Source of the DNA: Histomonas meleagridis 2922-C6/04-290x
Taxonomy: Eukaryota; Protista; Parabasalia
Assembly: GCA_020184695.1 (NCBI GenBank)
Contig: JAANOX010000050.1
Location: 62,001 to 126,000 of the forward strand
Length of the DNA stretch: 64,000 nucleotides
Direction: 5' to 3'
Shown here piece by piece: positions 57,973 to 64,000 of the stretch; position 1 is the first letter of the stretch, and every line of letters starts with the position of its first letter. Both the position numbers and the translations under genes were made by a program. The notes beneath the pieces were generated by a model that saw only the letters and a list, made by a program, of their open reading frames with translations, was not told where the DNA came from and did not search any database.

Positions 57973-58815
57973 ATGAGGAAAATCCACATGCTGATTCTAG
58001 GGATCGAAACACCACTTGGACAAACATTACTCAAGGAAATGAAGGAAAATTTTGGGTTTCTTCAAGTAGCAGTGCCGTCTGGAATTTATCCAGATGATAT
58101 TAATATTCCTTCAAATTTAATTAATGTCCCTCTTGACAACAGACAGGAATTAACAAAAGTATTTGAAAATTTCATTAGAGTTGTTGTTTCATGTTCTGAA
58201 AAATATTCAAATGAAACAATATTCAATGCAGCAAAAGATTCAAATACTAAATTTATTGATGCACAGTATTCCTATCCTCAAGCTGTTATTGAAGCTTCTT
58301 TATATAATTTGGCGTTCAATCCAACAAAAATGCATGCTTATCAATCAGCAAGCGGTATTGGTATTCGGGGGTTATGGATACTATCACATCAAAAACAATT
58401 TCCAAGTATTCCTCACGAAGAAAACAATGAATGGATCATCGAAAAAGATTCATATCATATCAATGACGTTGATATAAAGCACTATATATACTTTAGCAAC
58501 AAAATTTTTGCAATGCTTTTTTACGTTGCAGCCATTCTTTTACGTATAATATTTCCATTTGGGTATTGCAAATCAACATATTCATCAATCTGCAATTGGA
58601 AATTTGAAGGCGAAACAATTGAACATAAGAAACGATATTCGTTCTCGTCAACAGCAGTATCTGTGGATGCAAATTACATTCGACCAGATCTGGTAATTCT
58701 TCATTTTCTAAAAGCGCTTGGTGTCAATGAAAATGAGTCTGCAGATTGGAGATGTTTCAAAAGATTCAAACTCCAACTAAAAGAGTATACACCTATAAAT
58801 GAAAATAATGAATAA
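57973..58815 (+). CDS. Degenerate Rossmann-fold protein, saccharopine-dehydrogenase-like
   Basis: ILGIETPLGQTLLKEM (GxxxxG-like) and VVVSCSEKY..ETIFNAAKDSNTKFID resemble that family; weak. Confidence 0.45.
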   Translation: MRKIHMLILGIETPLGQTLLKEMKENFGFLQVAVPSGIYPDDINIPSNLINVPLDNRQELTKVFENFIRVVVSCSEKYSNETIFNAAKDSNTKFIDAQYSYPQAVIEASLYNLAFNPTKMHAYQSASGIGIRGLWILSHQKQFPSIPHEENNEWIIEKDSYHINDVDIKHYIYFSNKIFAMLFYVAAILLRIIFPFGYCKSTYSSICNWKFEGETIEHKKRYSFSSTAVSVDANYIRPDLVILHFLKALGVNENESADWRCFKRFKLQLKEYTPINENNE

Positions 58816-59033
58816 ATTAATGTTGAACTGTTCTTAAAATAATGATGTTTTTGATTTCAAAAATCTTGGTTTTTTACTTCAACATATTTAGAGGAATTCA
58901 TTCCTTTTTTTGGACAAATTACATCAACTCAATAAAGAAGACGTTAACATCAACTTCAGCTTAGCATTAAGAACGTGCACTAGTGAACATAGGAATAATG
59001 TTGCTTTTAACAAGATTTAAAAAATTCTAATTT

Positions 59034-59546
59034 TTATAATTTTTTCAATAAAATCCAATCTGTTTGTGGATCTTTTCCAAGAACAAATGTATGTTCTCCA
59101 ATCCTTTCGAATCCATATTTCTTGTAGAACTTTTGTGCATCAAAGTTTTTCTCCCAAACTCCAAGCCAAATTCCTGTACATTTTTGTGTTTTTGCATGTT
59201 TAATTGCTTCATCCATCAGCATTGAACCAAGCCCAAGGCGTTTATAATCGGAGTCAATATATATCCTTTGGATTTCAGCATAATCTTTTCCTATATCTTC
59301 TGTTTGCGCATCACCATAATTTAATTTCAAGTATCCAGCAATATTACCATTTGTTTCAGCAAATAAATGAATCGACTTTGGGTTATTTATTTCAGAAAGT
59401 AAAATGTCTTCTGAATATGAATCTTTCAGATATTTTTCTAAATCTTCAGGCGTATTTTGTGCGGAAAACGTATCTGAAAAAGTTTTCACACATATTTTTT
59501 GTAGTAATTTCACATCCTTTGGATGAACAATCCTTATGCTTTTCAT
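59034..59546 (-). CDS. paiA: PaiA-like GNAT (spermidine/spermine N1-acetyltransferase type)
   Basis: KTFSDTFSAQNTPEDLEKYL, GYLKLNYGDAQTE, EIQRIY, IWLGVWEKN and GEHTFVLGKDPQTD match the bacterial PaiA family along the whole length. Confidence 0.85.
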   Translation of the reverse strand: MKSIRIVHPKDVKLLQKICVKTFSDTFSAQNTPEDLEKYLKDSYSEDILLSEINNPKSIHLFAETNGNIAGYLKLNYGDAQTEDIGKDYAEIQRIYIDSDYKRLGLGSMLMDEAIKHAKTQKCTGIWLGVWEKNFDAQKFYKKYGFERIGEHTFVLGKDPQTDWILLKKL

Positions 59547-59719
59547 TTATATAACCTTTGGTCATCATCTGAAAAAGTGAATTTTGAAAGCAAAATAATC
59601 GTTTTATCAAAGACTTTACATAAAATAAAATTAATTTTACAATTTGTTTGATTTCAATTTATATTTCAATCATAAGTAAAAGGAATTTCAAATTACATTT
59701 TTTTATTCATTATAAAAAT

Positions 59720-62626
59720 TTAAACCTTAACTTTTAATAACTGTATCAATTGCATAATTTCATTATTCCCTTTATATCTTTCACCAATTTCCTCAATAAA
59801 CTTATTAATCGGGCAATTCATATTAATAGTTTTCCAGTCGTCGCCAGACGGCAACAACAAAAACGACTGAATAATAATCACAACGAGTCTCTCATTTGCG
59901 TTTTCACTCAGCGCGACTTCTATTTCCTTGGACACGGCCTCTTGCACAATCTCATTCATTCTCAAGTACGGCGCGACAGCCGCGAAAAACCTCACAGTGA
60001 TATACAGAAACGGCGGCGGCGCGCAGTCGAAGAAGCGCGAAATCGCAGCGACGTTCATCGACACGGCCATTATCCGGGCCATCTCAGGCGTCTGCACCAA
60101 GACGACCGCCAAACTCAGTGCACGCGAAGCGACTAAAGTGTCATCTGATTGCAACATTTTCGACGTCGCATCAGGAACAATCGTTTTATCGATCCATTTC
60201 GAGTACAAAGCGAAAGGTAACAACGTCACTAATATACATGACGCGATTTGTTCTGATTCGAAATCGCTCAAATATTTAATTAACGTCGTCGTTTCGCTTA
60301 AGTTACGCTTTAACATTCCGCGTGGGAACTCGATCTTTAATGAAGCTTTAGCGGCGAGTTCGAATTCGGAAGAAGCGACTGCTAATGTAATTAATCGGAT
60401 GATGTTATATTGAAGAAATGTTTCCTTCAAATTTTCATATTTTAATAGTTTTAATATTAATAATAATGAATTAATCGGATAACGATTTATAATTTGTGGT
60501 AATAAATATTCCGAAAACTTTTTCGCAAAGTTTGCGCTCTTACAATATGATAATACTGTCGACATATATCCTTCTTTAGCAAGTTTAATGAATATTAGAC
60601 ATTCAGGATCGAAGTCGACTTTTTTAGGGTCTAAACGTCGAATGATTGAATCGATTAAACTTAATGAATCAGAATTCGACTTTTCGATGAATAACAATAA
60701 CAAATTACAATGTTTCTCTAATGTAATTGTATCGAATGATAACATTAAATTTAAAGCTTTCACATAATACACGTTATTTTTGGAGACATATTTGAAGATT
60801 AACATTCGAATTTGTGGTATTTTAATGATTGATTCTGCTGCATATGAAGAAATTTCATATGATTTATCAGAACAAAATTCTAAAATTCGTTTTGCGTCAT
60901 TTAATGAATTAGAATGAATTGATAACAAAAATGAAATTGCCAATTTCGAATCAACTTGTTTTAATAATTCATTTGCGAATTCATTATATTCATTATCATT
61001 TAACGCGCGACATTTTTCTTGTATTTTCGGTTGGATCTTTGGTATATATTTTGATAAATTAATATATAATATTAAACTATATATCGAAAATTGTTTTGTT
61101 TTCTTTAATTCTTTTATCAAAAAATTCTTAGCAATAGTTTTAAGTTTCGGATTATCAGAATCAGTATATACATTCATTATAATCTCGAGTGAATTATCAT
61201 CAATTATTTCTTTGGTAGTGATCTCAATTAATTGTTCTGTCGTCATATATAAAATCCCTTTTAATGCATTCGAATGATCTTTCGAAGTTAAGTTATAATA
61301 ATTATTAAATTCTTCGATGTTTGTTCCTTTAAATATTAACTTCTCCGATTGTATAAGATTTATAATGTCATTAGAAGTCGGACGATTTTTAGGGTCACGT
61401 GACCAACCACAATTAAAGAAATTAATTAATGAAATGTCATATAACTTCGGCCGAATATCTTTCTCAAGAATTAAATGTTTTAAATAATTATTCGATAAGT
61501 TCGAAAATGGTTTTTCTTGCATTAATATCTCCCATACTAAAATAGTAAATGAATAAATATCAAGAGAATTATCATTATAAAGTGGATCGAGAATTACTTC
61601 AGGTGATATATACGTTGAAAAGTTTATCGATTTCAGAGGCTTATCGTTCTTATGAGTGGAATACCAAAAGCCGCCGATTTTAGCATTCAAGTTTTTGTCT
61701 AAATATATTACGTCTGAAGAAATGTTTCGATGAATGATTTTATGTAAATGCAAAAATTCAATTCCACGAATGATATCTAATACAATAATAGACTTTTGTG
61801 TGGTGGTCAATGGACTCTTTTGATCTTGAAGTTTGTCTTTTAATGTGCCGTTCTCACAATATTCATATAATAAACTTTGAAATGTAGTCGATGATGATTT
61901 CAAATGTAATATGTTTAAATGACCCGAATTATTAAGGATTTGGACATAGTTATTAAAGTAATTGATGTCATTGTCAGGATTAAATATTTCAAGTTGATAA
62001 TATTTGTCATTTTTGGTCGCAAGAAAAATTGTAGAAAATTCGGATTTATAAAGTAATCGATTAGTATGAAGTGTGTTGGGCTCGAAAAGTTCAATATCTT
62101 TTTCATATTTGTTGATTTCGGCAATCTGATTGGCAAAATTTTGATTATTATACTTTTTGTGTATTAAGGAAAGATCACTTTGATGGGCTACAAATAATAA
62201 AGTAGGTGATAAAAATTCATCTGTTTTAAAATATTGTAAGATTTTCATGGAATTAAACCAAAAATTAAAAAATTTCTTGTATATGGTATCAAAATTGTTT
62301 TCTGATAAGACTTTGAGATGAAGCGATTCAGAACATGAATGACATAAAGATGCTAAATCTGTAATGTTTTGATTTAAATCTTCAATTAAATTTGAAAATT
62401 TATAATCAACTGATTTATTAAGCCTACCATCAAGGCATTTTTTAACAGTATCCATAAAGTTCGATGCTACTTTAAATTTATTTGAATGAATTATTGCAAT
62501 TGAACATTGCGTTTGATAATATTTAATATTTTCATAAAGCTGATCGGTATAAGTATAAACTAACACTGAGCTTGATGATAATTTTAAAGAAGAAAGATTA
62601 GAAAGCAATTCTGAAACAGTAAGCAT
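59720..62626 (-). CDS. TKL-like pseudokinase with C-terminal ARM-like helical region
   Basis: IIHRNISS (no catalytic Asp), KIGGF (no DFG Asp) and DIYSFTILVWE. The likely start MLTVSELL is at 62626. Confidence 0.75.
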   Translation of the reverse strand: MLTVSELLSNLSSLKLSSSSVLVYTYTDQLYENIKYYQTQCSIAIIHSNKFKVASNFMDTVKKCLDGRLNKSVDYKFSNLIEDLNQNITDLASLCHSCSESLHLKVLSENNFDTIYKKFFNFWFNSMKILQYFKTDEFLSPTLLFVAHQSDLSLIHKKYNNQNFANQIAEINKYEKDIELFEPNTLHTNRLLYKSEFSTIFLATKNDKYYQLEIFNPDNDINYFNNYVQILNNSGHLNILHLKSSSTTFQSLLYEYCENGTLKDKLQDQKSPLTTTQKSIIVLDIIRGIEFLHLHKIIHRNISSDVIYLDKNLNAKIGGFWYSTHKNDKPLKSINFSTYISPEVILDPLYNDNSLDIYSFTILVWEILMQEKPFSNLSNNYLKHLILEKDIRPKLYDISLINFFNCGWSRDPKNRPTSNDIINLIQSEKLIFKGTNIEEFNNYYNLTSKDHSNALKGILYMTTEQLIEITTKEIIDDNSLEIIMNVYTDSDNPKLKTIAKNFLIKELKKTKQFSIYSLILYINLSKYIPKIQPKIQEKCRALNDNEYNEFANELLKQVDSKLAISFLLSIHSNSLNDAKRILEFCSDKSYEISSYAAESIIKIPQIRMLIFKYVSKNNVYYVKALNLMLSFDTITLEKHCNLLLLFIEKSNSDSLSLIDSIIRRLDPKKVDFDPECLIFIKLAKEGYMSTVLSYCKSANFAKKFSEYLLPQIINRYPINSLLLILKLLKYENLKETFLQYNIIRLITLAVASSEFELAAKASLKIEFPRGMLKRNLSETTTLIKYLSDFESEQIASCILVTLLPFALYSKWIDKTIVPDATSKMLQSDDTLVASRALSLAVVLVQTPEMARIMAVSMNVAAISRFFDCAPPPFLYITVRFFAAVAPYLRMNEIVQEAVSKEIEVALSENANERLVVIIIQSFLLLPSGDDWKTINMNCPINKFIEEIGERYKGNNEIMQLIQLLKVKV

Positions 62627-63125
62627 TTTATGGTGAGGGTGCTCCAAAAAATAAACTACACAAATATGTTTTCTTTTTTTTTGCTTAGAGCACTTTTCAA
62701 TAATCACTTGAATTTCTACACGTCATATGATGATTGATATCAATCGAAAGCGGATTTCTTTTAAATTTAGGAATAAAGTTCTTATGAGGAAAATGTTTGA
62801 CTTCAACTTTATGTTCAAAAAATTATTTTGTTGATAGAATCAATTTTGAAAATGAAAAATCTTTTACATAATAAGAGTTGTGCAAACAGAAGGTTTCACA
62901 ATTAAAATTTTTATTAGCGTATAGGAATTTATTGAAAGATAGGTACGATTTATTCCACTGTGGAATTTTTAAAAATTTCTATTTTAGTTTTCATCAATAT
63001 TAAATCAATTTTGATCGTAAATTCGACGATAGCATATTGAAATTTTTATGCATTTTGTAAATAACAAAAAAATTTTAAATTAGTTTTAAAATAAAAAATA
63101 TACAAAATAAAGAAAATGCAAACTT

Positions 63126-64000
63126 TTATTCTTCTTCGTCATTGTGTTGATCTTCTGCAGATAAGAATACAACAATTACTGATATATTATCTTCCGAACT
63201 TAGCTCAAATGCGCGGTCTCTTATCTTTCTTGCTGCCTCCAGCGGGTCTATTTCGGATGCTATGAGGTCCACAGCTTCTTGGTCTGACATTACATCCCAA
63301 ACTCCGTCGCATGCGATAATCACAAATGCATCTTCACTTGTAATCTGAACCTCCTTAATGTGTGGTGTTGGGTTCACGCAATCTCCGAGGAATCCATCAC
63401 CGAGAGCTCTACTTACTGCCAACATTCCTCCAAGTCGACCTTCTTTTACAATACCTCCCTTACTTTGGATATATTCCATCTCTTCGGGCAAGTCAGGTTT
63501 ATCATCTACGGTCAATCTCACGGCATTTCCATTATGCGACAATACGCAACGACTATCTCCAACATTCGCGACCGTTAACTTAGAACCGTCAACAACCGCA
63601 ATTGCGGCGGTTGTGCCAACATAAACGCACCATGGCTTCATCTCGTTTTGGAGGACCTTGAACGAATCGGAGATTGCTGTGGTAAGAGGGGAGCCGCCAT
63701 CGACTCTATTTTTGATGTAGTTGGGTAAATTTTGTGCTACGTATTCAGATGCATCACGACCTCCATGTCCATCAAAAAGACCAAAGAAAACAGACGTATC
63801 AGTAGGAATGTTAGGGACTACGCAAGACACATCTTCCATTTGTGGTCGACGACCAACAGTTTCAGCACTTCCATATCGAGAATGTTCTGTATCTTGTACA
63901 GTTTCATTCGATTCGATCGATTTCGCTTTGGATTCGTTCTCAACAAACGTCTCAAACAGTGCAGTGCCCTTCGCGCGCTCTTTCTGACGCGCTTTCCCGT
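63126..64000 (-). CDS. PP2C/PPM phosphatase domain; 5' end outside the window
   Basis: GRRPQMED, FGLFDGHGG, VANVGDSR, LAVSRALGD, IACDGVWD and EDNISV motifs; the frame is open to the window edge. Confidence 0.92.
   Translation of the reverse strand, partial: GKARQKERAKGTALFETFVENESKAKSIESNETVQDTEHSRYGSAETVGRRPQMEDVSCVVPNIPTDTSVFFGLFDGHGGRDASEYVAQNLPNYIKNRVDGGSPLTTAISDSFKVLQNEMKPWCVYVGTTAAIAVVDGSKLTVANVGDSRCVLSHNGNAVRLTVDDKPDLPEEMEYIQSKGGIVKEGRLGGMLAVSRALGDGFLGDCVNPTPHIKEVQITSEDAFVIIACDGVWDVMSDQEAVDLIASEIDPLEAARKIRDRAFELSSEDNISVIVVFLSAEDQHNDEEE

Overview
AT-rich eukaryotic genomic DNA, almost certainly from a parabasalid (trichomonad-like) protist. Support: an Hmp31-like hydrogenosomal carrier, BspA-like LRR, DUF3447-type ankyrin proteins, TKL kinases and long uninterrupted ORFs. 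Housekeeping genes include GAF-domain, DENN, CLASP, BRO1, RSL1D1-like, Sec7-PH, RalGAP-like, CARMIL-like and PP2C. They are interleaved with decayed fragments, a DD34E Tc1 transposase and a Helitron family (one internally deleted Rep/helicase copy plus two short copies sharing a 12-bp terminal hairpin followed by CTTG|T). The standout feature is in three ankyrin-repeat genes (15428-17931 +, ~46860-48445 -, 51603-56444 +). Almost every ankyrin unit is a stop-free 90-nt block separated from the next by a ~80-nt insert at the same position in the beta-hairpin loop. In the main array 15 of 17 inserts are exactly 80 nt. They break the frame, usually contain stops, and lack GT-AG ends and the trichomonad ACTAAC..AG signal. 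This points to an unexplained removal mechanism (non-canonical splicing or ribosomal bypass), which is inference until checked with RNA data. Also notable are a putative HECT N-lobe / RBR-Rcat chimeric E3 ligase and a bacterial PaiA-like acetyltransferase.
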